Both the position numbers and the translations under genes were made by a program. Under the pieces are notes generated by a model, which saw nothing but the letters and a program-made list of their open reading frames with translations, did not search any database and had not been told where the DNA came from. A DNA stretch of 64,000 nucleotides from an uncultured Alphaproteobacteria bacterium (GTDB lineage: Bacteria > Pseudomonadota > Alphaproteobacteria > Rhizobiales > Beijerinckiaceae), in assembly GCA_963798515.1 (NCBI GenBank), contig CAWCTS010000039.1, positions 4,873 to 68,872 on the forward strand, given 5' to 3'. Shown piece after piece: positions 47,568 to 57,251 of the stretch (its first letter is position 1; each line of letters opens with the position of its first letter).

Positions 47568-48809
47568 ATGTCCGACATTCTCTTCAAGAATGCGCAAGTC
47601 GTATTCGACGGCCGCGACGAGCGGGAGCCGTCCATCAATATTCTCGTGAAGAACGATCGCATTGCGGCAGTGACCAAGGACACGATCGACTCCACTGATG
47701 CGATCGTCATCGACGTCGGCGGCAGGACGCTGATGCCCGGCCTCATCGACGCGCACGCCCACATCACCGGCCTGTCGCTCAGCCCCAAAAATCTCGCCTA
47801 TCCTCCGGTGGATGTCGCTTTCGCCGCGGCCACCTATCTGCGCAACAGCCTGATGGCTGGTTTCACCACGATCCGCGAGGCGGGCGGCGCCGACTACACC
47901 ATCGCCCATCTCTTGAAGACAGGCGCGATCGTCGGTCCGCGCCTGTTCTACTCCGGCAAGGCGCTGACCCAGACCGGCGGCGGCGCGGATTTTCGCACGC
48001 CGATCGAGACGACCGATCCCTGCGGTCACGTGAGCCCGTTTTCCGTGATGTCGGTCATCGTGGACGGCGTCGACAAGGTGCGCGAGGCGGCGCGCGAGGA
48101 GCTGCGCAGGGGCGCCAGTCAGCTCAAGGTGTTCGTGTCGGGCGGGGTGGTCTTCCCCGCCGAAGGTCATCCGACGCGCTACGAATTTTCGGAAGCCGAG
48201 CTCGCTGCGGCCGTGGAGGAGGCGGCGGCGCGCAGCACTTATGTCATGGCGCATGTCTATTCGGACGAAGGGGTGCGGCGCTGCCTGAAGGCGGGCGTGC
48301 GCTCCATCGAGCACGGCAATTTTGCGAGCGAGGAGACGGTCGCGCTGATCGCTCAGTCCGGCGCCTTTCTCGACATGACCTTCATCTCGCTCGTTCAGCG
48401 CATCGAAAGCGCGGAGGAGAATCGCCTTTCCGAGGCGATCGTCGAGAACATCGAGCGGACGGTCGAGCGGGGCAAGCAGGTCTATAAATGGGCGAAGCAG
48501 GTGAATGCGCCCATCGCCTTCGGCACAGATCTGTGGGGTCCCGAGGCGCAGAAGTCGCAGCTCAGGGAGTTCGAGGTTCGCCAGGAACTCGACACCCCCG
48601 CCAATGTGATCCGCTCCGCGACGGCGGTCAATGCGGAGCTTCTCATGCAGAAGGGCCTGCTCGGAACGATCGCGCCCGGCGCCTATGCCGATATTCTCGT
48701 CGTCGAGGGCGATCCGCTCGCCGATCTCGGCGTGCTGCTGCAGCCGGAAAAGAACTTCAAGCTCATCATGAAGGGCGGCGAGATCGTCAAGAGCGGGCTC
48801 GGCTCATAA
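47568..48809 (+). CDS. Amidohydrolase family protein (Xaa-Pro dipeptidase-like)
   Basis: MPGLIDAHAH, GFTTIRE, KVFVSGGV, MAH, SIEHG, FGTD. Confidence 0.87.
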   Translation: MSDILFKNAQVVFDGRDEREPSINILVKNDRIAAVTKDTIDSTDAIVIDVGGRTLMPGLIDAHAHITGLSLSPKNLAYPPVDVAFAAATYLRNSLMAGFTTIREAGGADYTIAHLLKTGAIVGPRLFYSGKALTQTGGGADFRTPIETTDPCGHVSPFSVMSVIVDGVDKVREAAREELRRGASQLKVFVSGGVVFPAEGHPTRYEFSEAELAAAVEEAAARSTYVMAHVYSDEGVRRCLKAGVRSIEHGNFASEETVALIAQSGAFLDMTFISLVQRIESAEENRLSEAIVENIERTVERGKQVYKWAKQVNAPIAFGTDLWGPEAQKSQLREFEVRQELDTPANVIRSATAVNAELLMQKGLLGTIAPGAYADILVVEGDPLADLGVLLQPEKNFKLIMKGGEIVKSGLGS

Positions 48810-49631
48810 ATAGCGGCTTTCCGACAGGCTTGCGGCGCTAAGCAGAGTCGCGGGATTGATCTCGATGATTCCATAGCCGGAGCTCGAAGCTGTCTGGAAC
48901 AGCGAGGCCGTGGTCAATGTCGTGGTCGACGCGCTGCTCGTCGTCGCGCCCGGCGCGTTGTTGCTCGCGTCATATTGGGCGGAGAAGCGCTCGATGAATT
49001 TCTGCAGCTTCGCCGGATCTTGAAAGTCCGTGAGATTGAGCTGCGATGTCAGCATGTTGGCCTGAGTGTCGATGGGCTCGGCGGCCGTCAGGGGCGATAT
49101 GCCGAGCGCCGTCTGCACGACCGAGAGCAGGCTCTTGTCGGCGAGAATCTGGTAGACGCTCGTCACGTTCGGCGCTTGGGCCTGGAAGTAGAGCTCGAGC
49201 TGCACGCCGGGGTTCTGCTGTCCCTGCGCGGTTTCGAGCGAGTTCTCGACATATTTGTTGACGACCTGGTCGACGAGGCTCGACGAAGAAGTCGTCGCAG
49301 AGCCATTGTCGGCAAAATCGAAAGCCTTGGCGAAGGCTGAGATGTTTGTGTTGTCGAGCGTGTTCGCGAGCGCCGTGCTGCTCGTCACGCCCTGCTGCAG
49401 GACCTTCTCCATGAGGCCCTTGGCGTAGGTCATGTCGCTCAGGCCGAAGGCGGTCATCGCGTAGTCGAAGAGCCGCGGGTTGTCGACGAGCTGCTGCGCC
49501 GAAGTGACGCTGCCGATGTTGCTTTCGAAATATTGCGTGGCGGTCTGAACCGCCGGCGTCTTCGCGGTGAGCGTTTGCCATTGGCTCAGATTGTTCGCAA
49601 CCGTCAGATAGGCCGAAAGCGTCGTGGTCAC
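48804..49631 (-). CDS. DUF1217 family protein (flagellar-locus associated)
   Basis: LFDYAMTAFGL, YAKGLMEKVL, KYVENSLE..G..NPGVQLELYF, ILADK, FQDPAKLQKFIERF. Confidence 0.82.
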   Translation of the reverse strand: MTTTLSAYLTVANNLSQWQTLTAKTPAVQTATQYFESNIGSVTSAQQLVDNPRLFDYAMTAFGLSDMTYAKGLMEKVLQQGVTSSTALANTLDNTNISAFAKAFDFADNGSATTSSSSLVDQVVNKYVENSLETAQGQQNPGVQLELYFQAQAPNVTSVYQILADKSLLSVVQTALGISPLTAAEPIDTQANMLTSQLNLTDFQDPAKLQKFIERFSAQYDASNNAPGATTSSASTTTLTTASLFQTASSSGYGIIEINPATLLSAASLSESRYL

Positions 49632-49703
49632 GGCGTGCTTACCTTTGAGGGCGGTGATGCGCCTTTGGGAGACGGACAGCGCCGCGAGGCTGAGCAAGAA
49701 GCG

Positions 49704-49718
49704 TTAAAGGACCCTTAA
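49704..49718. promoter_or_regulatory. CtrA-binding site upstream of the DUF1217 gene
   Basis: Exact TTAA-N7-TTAA (TTAAAGGACCCTTAA) ~70 nt upstream of the start; TTAA is rare at this GC content. Confidence 0.7.
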
Positions 49719-49863
49719 GCTCGCCCGGAGGCTGCGCCGGTACGCTGTCAACAATTTCAGGCGCTTGCGCCGCGTGAATTTCCCGCTCTTTTATCGCGTG
49801 GCTCATTGATGCGGGCGCGGCGCAGCGCCTATAGTGGCAACTCAAGCCAGGAGCGAAATCGAA

Positions 49864-50310
49864 ATGACCCGCCCTGATCTTCAGTTCGACGTCAACACCG
49901 AGCTCGCGGCGCGTCGCACGGGAATGGCGTTTCAACGCACACGGCTGGCCGAAGACCGCACCTTGATGGCCGTCATCCGCACGGCGCTATCGCTCATCGG
50001 CTTCGGCTTCACGATTTTTCAGTTCTTCCGCACTTTGCGCGAGCGGGAGGTAATTTCGTCGGCGACGGCGCCGCGTAATTTCGGCGTCGCCCTGGTCGCG
50101 CTCGGCGTCCTGATGCTGGTGCTCGGCATCATCTATCATGCTCGCTTCATGCTGGGCTTGCGACGCCTGCGGCAATCCATGTCGGAGGACGGGCTGATCC
50201 ATGGCGAAACATCCTTCCCCGTGTCCTTGACCATGATCACGGCCCTCCTTCTCCTGGCGATCGGCCTTTCGGCTATTCTGAGCATGGAGTTCAACATCGG
50301 GCCTTTCTAG
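49864..50310 (+). CDS. DUF202 (YidH-like) membrane protein, copy 1
   Basis: RTRLAEDRTLMAVIRTALSLIGFGF; three TM segments. Confidence 0.87.
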   Translation: MTRPDLQFDVNTELAARRTGMAFQRTRLAEDRTLMAVIRTALSLIGFGFTIFQFFRTLREREVISSATAPRNFGVALVALGVLMLVLGIIYHARFMLGLRRLRQSMSEDGLIHGETSFPVSLTMITALLLLAIGLSAILSMEFNIGPF

Positions 50311-50361
50311 ATCGAGCAGTGGCTGGCGACAGCGAGAGACGCTTCCAAGTCGGAGAGTGAA

Positions 50362-51858
50362 ATGGCGGACGCAAAGAAACCGAACATACTGATCCTTTGG
50401 GGTGACGACATCGGCTGGTGGAACATCAGCTACAACAACCGTGGACAGATGGGCTACCGCACGCCCAACATCGACCGCATCGGCCATGAGGGTCTGGCCT
50501 TCACGGACTACTACGGTCAGCAGAGTTGCACGGCGGGAAGAGCGGCCTTCATCACCGGCCAGAATCCCATCCGCACCGGCCTCACGAAAGTCGGCATGCC
50601 CGGCGCGAATGTCGGCCTGCAGGCGGACGACCCGACCATTGCGGAGCTGCTCAAGCCCTTGGGCTATCGGACGGGACAATTCGGCAAGAACCATCTCGGC
50701 GACAAGGACGAATTCCTGCCGACCATGCACGGCTTCGACGAGTTCTTCGGCAATCTCTATCACTTGAACGCCGAAGAGGAGCCGGAAGACCCCGACTATC
50801 CCAAAGACGCGAAATTCAAGGAACTGTTCGGTCCGCGCGGCGTCCTGCATAGCTGGTCGGACGGCAAGGGCGGACAGAAGGTCGAGGACACCGGTCCGCT
50901 CACGAAGAAGCGCATGGAGACCATCGACGACGAGGTGACGGACCATGCGCTCCGATTCATCGACGAGGCGCATAAGTCCGGGGAGCCGTTCTTTCTCTGG
51001 TACAACACCACGGGAATGCATTTCCGCACGCATTGCGCCGAGAAGCACAGGGGCAAGAGCAACGGCCAGGGCGAATACAACGATGTGATGGTCGCGCATG
51101 ACGAGAACATCGGCGTCATGCTCAATAAGCTCGAAGAACTCGGCATCGCCGAAGACACGATCGTCTTGTACTCGACCGACAATGGACCGCATTTCAATTC
51201 CTGGCCGGATGCGGGCATCACGCCTTTCCGTTCGGAGAAGAACACCAACTGGGAGGGCGGCTGGCGCGTGCCGGCCTTCGTCCGCTGGCCGGGCCGCATC
51301 AAGCCTGGTCTCGTGCTCAACGACATCGTCAGCCATCAGGACTGGCTGCCGACGCTCTTGGCGGCGGCGGGCGAGCCCGACATCGTCGAGAAGCTACGGG
51401 CCGGCTACACGGCCGGCGGCAAGACCTATAAGGTCTGCGCCGACGGCTTTAACATGCTACCCTATTTCACCGGCGAGGCGGAAAAGAGCCCGCGGCAATT
51501 CTTCTTCTACATCAGCGATGACGGCGACATTCTCGCCATCCGCATGAAAGACTGGAAGGTCGTCCTGATGGAGCAGCGGGCGAAAGCCCTCGCCTGCTGG
51601 TTCGAACCCTTCGTGCGCCTCCGGGCGCCGAAAATGTTCCATCTGCGCCGCGACCCGTTCGAGCGGGCGGACGAGAGCTCGAACACTTATTGGGATTGGC
51701 TGATCTCGCACGCCTACATCATCTATGCGATGCAGGACGTCGTCGCGCGGCAGATAAACTCCTTTGTGGCCTTTCCGCCGCGCCAGAAGCCCGCCTCTTT
51801 CAACCTCGACGCGGTTCTGCGGCAGTTGCAGGAGGCAAACAGCAGCGCCAATCACTAA
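50362..51858 (+). CDS. Arylsulfatase family protein (Cys-type), copy 1
   Basis: PNILILWGDDIG, TPNID, SCTAGRAAFITG, GKNHLG, STDNG, EGGWRVP. Confidence 0.92.
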   Translation: MADAKKPNILILWGDDIGWWNISYNNRGQMGYRTPNIDRIGHEGLAFTDYYGQQSCTAGRAAFITGQNPIRTGLTKVGMPGANVGLQADDPTIAELLKPLGYRTGQFGKNHLGDKDEFLPTMHGFDEFFGNLYHLNAEEEPEDPDYPKDAKFKELFGPRGVLHSWSDGKGGQKVEDTGPLTKKRMETIDDEVTDHALRFIDEAHKSGEPFFLWYNTTGMHFRTHCAEKHRGKSNGQGEYNDVMVAHDENIGVMLNKLEELGIAEDTIVLYSTDNGPHFNSWPDAGITPFRSEKNTNWEGGWRVPAFVRWPGRIKPGLVLNDIVSHQDWLPTLLAAAGEPDIVEKLRAGYTAGGKTYKVCADGFNMLPYFTGEAEKSPRQFFFYISDDGDILAIRMKDWKVVLMEQRAKALACWFEPFVRLRAPKMFHLRRDPFERADESSNTYWDWLISHAYIIYAMQDVVARQINSFVAFPPRQKPASFNLDAVLRQLQEANSSANH

Positions 51859-51974
51859 CAGCGCGACCGGCGCCGCTGAATCGAGCAGCGGCGCCGGAAG
51901 CGCCTTGGAACGCTGGCGAATACGTAGAATCCCCTAGGGGGATTTGACTCGGGCTCCGAAGACAAATAGCGTTT

Positions 51975-52271
51975 ATGACATCCCCGGTGGCTCTGGAGCC
52001 TGCCGGCGGCGCATCCGAGGAACCCGTGTTCGATCAGGAAGACCATCAACTCGCCGCGCGCATCATCGAACGCGCCACCGAGGGGATGAGCGGCGATCGG
52101 CTGATAGCAGCCGTCAGACAAGATTTTCCACATGTGCCCCTAAGCTCGATCGCGCACGCCGCCTTCATAGCGGTCACGCGTCCGAGCGTCAGCGCCGAGG
52201 CGCTCGCGTCAATCTACGACGTGGCGATCTCCGCTCGAAGGCCCGACCTCTCGGACATGTCATACAAGTGA
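51975..52271 (+). CDS. Hypothetical small helical protein between the duplicated cassettes
   Basis: 98-aa ORF filling the spacer (LIAAVRQDFP..IAHAAF); no function recognised. Confidence 0.55.
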   Translation: MTSPVALEPAGGASEEPVFDQEDHQLAARIIERATEGMSGDRLIAAVRQDFPHVPLSSIAHAAFIAVTRPSVSAEALASIYDVAISARRPDLSDMSYK

Positions 52272-52352
52272 ACGGACCAGCCCTGTGGTGCGCGCCTTCG
52301 GGTCGCGCGGCGTCGCGCCATTGACAGTCGGGCCCGCAGGAGCGAAATCGAA

Positions 52353-52799
52353 ATGAGCCGCCCTGATCCTCCCTTCGACGTCAACACCGAGCTCGCCGCG
52401 CGGCGGACCGGCATGGCGTTTCAGCGCACGCGGCTCGCCGAAGACCGCACCTTGATGGCCGTCATCCGCACGGCCCTCTCGCTCATCGGCTTCGGCTTCA
52501 CGATTTTTCAGTTTTTCCAATCTCTGCGCCAGAGGGACGTGATTGCTTCAGCCTCGGCGCCGCGCAATTTCGGCGTCGCCTTGGTCGCGCTCGGCATACT
52601 GATGCTGATTCTCGGCATCGTCTATCACGCCCGCTTCATGCTGGGGCTTCGGCGCTTGCGGAAATCCATGTCCGAGGACGGGCTGATCCACGGCGAAACA
52701 TCCTTTCCCGTGTCGCTGACCTTGATCACGGCCGTCCTGCTCCTTTCGATCGGCCTCACGGCGATACTGAGCATGGAGTTTAACATCGGACCTTTTTAG
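52353..52799 (+). CDS. DUF202 (YidH-like) membrane protein, copy 2
   Basis: Near-identical to 49864-50310. Confidence 0.87.
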   Translation: MSRPDPPFDVNTELAARRTGMAFQRTRLAEDRTLMAVIRTALSLIGFGFTIFQFFQSLRQRDVIASASAPRNFGVALVALGILMLILGIVYHARFMLGLRRLRKSMSEDGLIHGETSFPVSLTLITAVLLLSIGLTAILSMEFNIGPF

Positions 52800-52849
52800 T
52801 CTAGCCAGAGGTCGGCACGGAAATAATTGGTTCAATCTGGGAGCATGAA

Positions 52850-54343
52850 ATGGCCACGACCAAGAAGCCGAACATCCTGATCCTTTGGGGAGACGACATC
52901 GGCTGGTGGAACATCAGCTACAACAACCGCGGACAGATGGGCTACCGCACGCCCAACATTGATCGCATCGGCAATGAGGGATTGGCCTTCACCGACTATT
53001 ACGGCCAGCAGAGCTGCACGGCGGGGAGAGCCGCGTTCATCACCGGCCAGAACCCCATCCGCACGGGCCTCACGAAAGTCGGCATGCCCGGCGCCAATGT
53101 CGGCCTGCAGGCGGAAGATCCGACCATTGCGGAGCTGCTCAAGCCATTGGGTTATCGGACGGGACAGTTCGGCAAGAACCATCTCGGCGACAAGGACGAG
53201 TTCCTCCCGACCCTGCACGGCTTCGACGAATTCTTCGGCAATCTCTATCACCTGAACGCCGAAGAGGAGCCGGAAGACCCCGACTATCCCAAGGACGCGA
53301 AGTTCAGGGAATTGTTCGGCCCGCGCGGCGTCCTGCATAGCTGGTCGGACGGCAAGGGCGGACAGAAGGTCGAGGACACCGGCCCGCTCACGAAGAAGCG
53401 CATGGAGACCATCGACGACGAGGTGACCGGTCATGCGCTGCGGTTCATCGATGAGGCGCATAAGTCCGGGGAGCCGTTCTTCCTCTGGTACAACACCACG
53501 GGCATGCACTTCCGCACGCATTGCGCCGAGAAGCACAGGGGCAAGAGCAATGGCCAGGGCGAATACAACGATGTGATGGTCGCGCATGACGAGAACATCG
53601 GCGTCATGCTTAAGAAGCTCGACGAACTCGGTATCGCCGAGGACACGATCGTCTTCTACTCGACCGACAATGGGCCGCATTTCAATTCCTGGCCGGACGC
53701 GGGCATCACGCCCTTCCGTTCGGAGAAGAACACGAACTGGGAGGGCGGCTGGCGCGTGCCGGCCTTCGTCCGCTGGCCGAACCGCATAAAGCCTGGCGTG
53801 CTCAACGACATCGTCAGCCATCAGGACTGGCTGCCGACGCTGCTGGCGGCGGCGGGCGAACCCGACATCGTGGAGAAGCTACGGGCTGGCTACACGGCCG
53901 GCGCCAAGACCTACAAGGTCTGCGCCGACGGATTTAACATGCTGCCCTATTTCACCGGCGAGGCGGAAAAGAGCCCCCGGCAATTCTTCTTCTACATCAG
54001 CGATGACGGCGACATTCTCGCCATCCGCATGAAAGACTGGAAGGTCGTCCTGATGGAGCAGCGGGCGAAAGCCCTCGCCTGCTGGTTCGAGCCTTTTGTG
54101 CGTCTCCGGGCGCCGAAAATGTTCCATCTGCGCCGCGACCCGTTTGAGCGGGCGGACGAGAGCTCGAACACTTATTGGGATTGGCTGATCTCGCACGCCT
54201 ACATCATCTATGCGATGCAGGACGTCGTCGCGCGGCAGATAGACTCCTTTGTGGCCTTTCCGCCGCGCCAGAAGCCCGCCTCCTTCAACCTCGACGCGGT
54301 CCTGCGGCAATTGCAGGAGGCGAACAGCAGCGCCAATCATTAG
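52850..54343 (+). CDS. Arylsulfatase family protein (Cys-type), copy 2
   Basis: Same motifs as copy 1; one-codon deletion (KPGVLND vs KPGLVLND). Confidence 0.92.
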   Translation: MATTKKPNILILWGDDIGWWNISYNNRGQMGYRTPNIDRIGNEGLAFTDYYGQQSCTAGRAAFITGQNPIRTGLTKVGMPGANVGLQAEDPTIAELLKPLGYRTGQFGKNHLGDKDEFLPTLHGFDEFFGNLYHLNAEEEPEDPDYPKDAKFRELFGPRGVLHSWSDGKGGQKVEDTGPLTKKRMETIDDEVTGHALRFIDEAHKSGEPFFLWYNTTGMHFRTHCAEKHRGKSNGQGEYNDVMVAHDENIGVMLKKLDELGIAEDTIVFYSTDNGPHFNSWPDAGITPFRSEKNTNWEGGWRVPAFVRWPNRIKPGVLNDIVSHQDWLPTLLAAAGEPDIVEKLRAGYTAGAKTYKVCADGFNMLPYFTGEAEKSPRQFFFYISDDGDILAIRMKDWKVVLMEQRAKALACWFEPFVRLRAPKMFHLRRDPFERADESSNTYWDWLISHAYIIYAMQDVVARQIDSFVAFPPRQKPASFNLDAVLRQLQEANSSANH

Positions 54344-54436
54344 GATACGCTGCGTTTCGAGCGCCTTGTTCCTCGGACGGAAGCGTTCGAGGGACCCGCA
54401 GGCGCGAGCGACGTGGGCCTTTCGACGTGAGACGCC

Positions 54437-54841
54437 ATGCCCTTCAAGCTTTCTTCCTTCGTCTTCTGGAGCGGCGTCTACAATGCCGCGCTGGCCTTCG
54501 TCCTGCTCTTTCCGCCGCTCTACCGGGCGCTCGGCCTCAACGTATGCTCGCCCGTCTGGGCGTGGCTCATCGCGGGATTCCTGGCCTATACGAGCGTGGT
54601 GCTGATTTGGTCCTCGCGCGATCTCGCGCGGCGCGCGTCGCTCGTCTATTGGGAGGCGATTTTGCGCTTCATCGCCGCGCTCATCCTCGTCCCGGCGGGC
54701 CTCCTCAGCGACATCGGCCTGATCGCTGCGGTCCTTGGGCTTGGCGACCTCGCGATCGGCCTCGCCTATGTCTTCGGCCTGACCAGGGAGCTCGGGGCGT
54801 CGCATGAAGATTTGCTGCTGGACCGACTCGGCAGGCGTTGA
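54437..54841 (+). CDS. Hypothetical four-TM membrane protein
   Basis: 134-aa hydrophobic ORF, co-oriented, overlapping the cytochrome ORF start. Confidence 0.7.
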   Translation: MPFKLSSFVFWSGVYNAALAFVLLFPPLYRALGLNVCSPVWAWLIAGFLAYTSVVLIWSSRDLARRASLVYWEAILRFIAALILVPAGLLSDIGLIAAVLGLGDLAIGLAYVFGLTRELGASHEDLLLDRLGRR

Positions 54842-57158
54842 GCGGCTTCGCGAGGCTCGGGGAACGGGACCTTCATCGACTGCTGCTCTCTTCCTCATAG
54901 CGTTGCTTCTTTGCCTTTTCGCCCTGCCCTCCCGCGCCGGAGACGCGCCCAAAGGCCAGGACGCTGCGAGCTTCGTCGGCTCGGAGCCTTGCGCCGAATG
55001 CCATGCGGACCAGACGCAGAATTGGCGCGGCTCGCATCACGCGCTCGCTATGCAAAAGGCCGACGCCAAGTCGGTTCTCGGGCGTTTCGACGGCGCGTCC
55101 TTCGACAAGGACGGCGGAAAAAGCGTCTTCTCGACGAAGGGCGGCGCCTATTTCATCCACACGCCCGGCCCTGACGGCAGACAAGCGGATTTCGAAATCA
55201 AATACGCCTTCGGCCTCTACCCGCTGCAGCAATATCTCATCGAGCTGCCGGGGGGACGCTTGCAAGCCTTCGGGCTCGCCTGGGACGCGCGTCCCGCAGC
55301 GCAGGGCGGCCAGCGCTGGTTCGATCTCTATCCCGATCGAAAGCTCGCGCCCGGCGATCCGCTGCATTGGACCGGCGTCGACCAGAACTGGAATTTCCAG
55401 TGCGCCTGGTGCCACACGACGGATCTAAAAAAGAACTACGACGCGGCCTCGAACGGCTTCTCGACGCGCTGGAGCGAGCTCGGCGTCGGCTGCGAGGCCT
55501 GTCATGGACCCGCGTCCCAGCACCTCGCCTGGGCGCGTTCGAGCGAAGCGCAGCGCGCGGCGACGCCTGGCAAAGGGTTAACAACGTCTCTCGTTGAACG
55601 GCGCGGCGTGAGCTGGCCGATGGGCGACAAGGGCCAAGCCTCCCGCTCGGCGCCGTTGAAGACGCATAAGGAAATTCTCGCTTGCGCCGGCTGTCACGCG
55701 CGCCGCATGCAGTTCTCGGACGATCCCAACGCTGTCGCCGGTTTTTTCGACGCCTTTCATCCGTCGCTTCTCGAGACGCCGCTCTATCACCCCGACGGCC
55801 AGCAGCGCGAAGAAGTCTTCGAGTTTGGCTCCTTCCTGCAAAGCAAGATGTATGCGGCGGGCGTGACTTGCTCCGAGTGCCACGAACCGCATTCGGGAAA
55901 GCTCCGCGCCTCTGGCGACGAGCTCTGCGCGCAATGTCATGCCCCCGAGCGCTTCGCCCAGACCACCCATCACCACCATGCGCAGGGGTCTACCGGCTCG
56001 CATTGCGTCGAATGCCACATGCCCGCGACGGTCTATATGGGCGTCGACGCCCGCCGCGACCATTCGATGCGCATCCCGCGTCCGGATCGGACAGTTTCGC
56101 TGAACACGCCCAATGCCTGCAACAGATGTCATGCGGAAGAATCCGCGGCCTGGGCCGCGGAGGCGCTGAAAAGCTGGGGCATAGCGCCAGAAGGTTTTCA
56201 GCGTTTCGCCGAGGCGTTTGCGGCTGCTGATCGGGGCGCGCCGGCGGCGCTCGCGAGCGTGGTCGACGGCGCGGACCAGTCGGCGCTCGCCCGCGCGAGC
56301 GCGCTGGCGAGGCTTTCGTCACGACCGGCGCCCGCAGCGATCGGGCTCGCGGCGCGCTCGCTCACGATCGACGATCCGCTCGTGCGACTCACGGCGACCC
56401 GGCTGCTCGCCGCGGCGGACGCCGAAACGCGGGCAAGGACGCTGGCGCCGCTGCTTGACGACAAGACGCGGCTCCTGCGCATGGAAGCCGCGCGTGCGCT
56501 GGCAGGCGAGGCGGAAAGCGCCCTCCCCGCCGCTGATCGCGATCGCTTCGAAAAGGCTTTGGCGGAATATGTCGAGGCGCAGCTCTTCAACGCCGAGCGC
56601 GCCGAGTCGCACGCCAACCTCGGCGCGCTCTACGCAGCGCGGGGCGACGCCGAGAAATCCCGCGCCGAATATGAGAGAGCGATCACGCTCGACCCCGCCT
56701 TCTTCCCCGCGACGATTGCGCTGGCCGAAATCACCCGAGCAGCGGGAGACGAGCCCGCCGCCGAGGCGATCCTGCGCAGGGCGCTGGCGAGAGACGCCGG
56801 CAATGGCGCGCTCCATCACGCGCTGGGGTTGAGTCTGATCCGTCAGCACCGTTCCGGCGAGGCCTTGAGCGCCCTGGCCGAAGCCGTCAGACTTGCGCCC
56901 GAGAACGCGCGCTTCGCTTATGTCTATGGCGTCGCGTTCCACGATCTCGGCGAGCCGGCCAAGGCGCTCACGACGCTGCGCGAGGCCCTCGCCCGCTTTC
57001 CGAACGACGGAGAGATTCTCTATGCGCTGGCCGCCTATGAGCTCGAGACGAAAGACGAGGCGTCGGCGATCTCGCGGCTCGAGGCGCTGATCCGGCTCGA
57101 GCCGGAAAACGAAGAGGCGATTGCGCTGCTCCGGTCGCTGCAGGCGAAGCCGCGATGA
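54804..57158 (+). CDS. Octaheme cytochrome c with C-terminal HEAT and TPR repeats; start uncertain
   Basis: Eight CxxCH motifs (CAECH, CAWCH, CEACH, CAGCH, CSECH, CAQCH, CVECH, CNRCH); signal-like hydrophobic N-terminus; NLGALY/ALGLSL TPR patterns. Confidence 0.9.
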   Translation: MKICCWTDSAGVERLREARGTGPSSTAALFLIALLLCLFALPSRAGDAPKGQDAASFVGSEPCAECHADQTQNWRGSHHALAMQKADAKSVLGRFDGASFDKDGGKSVFSTKGGAYFIHTPGPDGRQADFEIKYAFGLYPLQQYLIELPGGRLQAFGLAWDARPAAQGGQRWFDLYPDRKLAPGDPLHWTGVDQNWNFQCAWCHTTDLKKNYDAASNGFSTRWSELGVGCEACHGPASQHLAWARSSEAQRAATPGKGLTTSLVERRGVSWPMGDKGQASRSAPLKTHKEILACAGCHARRMQFSDDPNAVAGFFDAFHPSLLETPLYHPDGQQREEVFEFGSFLQSKMYAAGVTCSECHEPHSGKLRASGDELCAQCHAPERFAQTTHHHHAQGSTGSHCVECHMPATVYMGVDARRDHSMRIPRPDRTVSLNTPNACNRCHAEESAAWAAEALKSWGIAPEGFQRFAEAFAAADRGAPAALASVVDGADQSALARASALARLSSRPAPAAIGLAARSLTIDDPLVRLTATRLLAAADAETRARTLAPLLDDKTRLLRMEAARALAGEAESALPAADRDRFEKALAEYVEAQLFNAERAESHANLGALYAARGDAEKSRAEYERAITLDPAFFPATIALAEITRAAGDEPAAEAILRRALARDAGNGALHHALGLSLIRQHRSGEALSALAEAVRLAPENARFAYVYGVAFHDLGEPAKALTTLREALARFPNDGEILYALAAYELETKDEASAISRLEALIRLEPENEEAIALLRSLQAKPR

Positions 57159-57251
57159 GCGATCGCCTTCGCTTTTCTCAAAGACCCAGTCGGATAAGAC
57201 AGGGAGGGTGAATGCGGACGCTTGACGGCGGTCGCAACGACTCGTCGTGAA

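Larger units (their letters stand above)
49848..54343 (+). repeat. Direct duplication of the DUF202 + arylsulfatase cassette (49848-51858 and 52337-54343)
   Basis: Both copies start CAGGAGCGAAATCGAAATGA and end AGCGCCAATCA; the encoded proteins are nearly identical. Confidence 0.95.
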
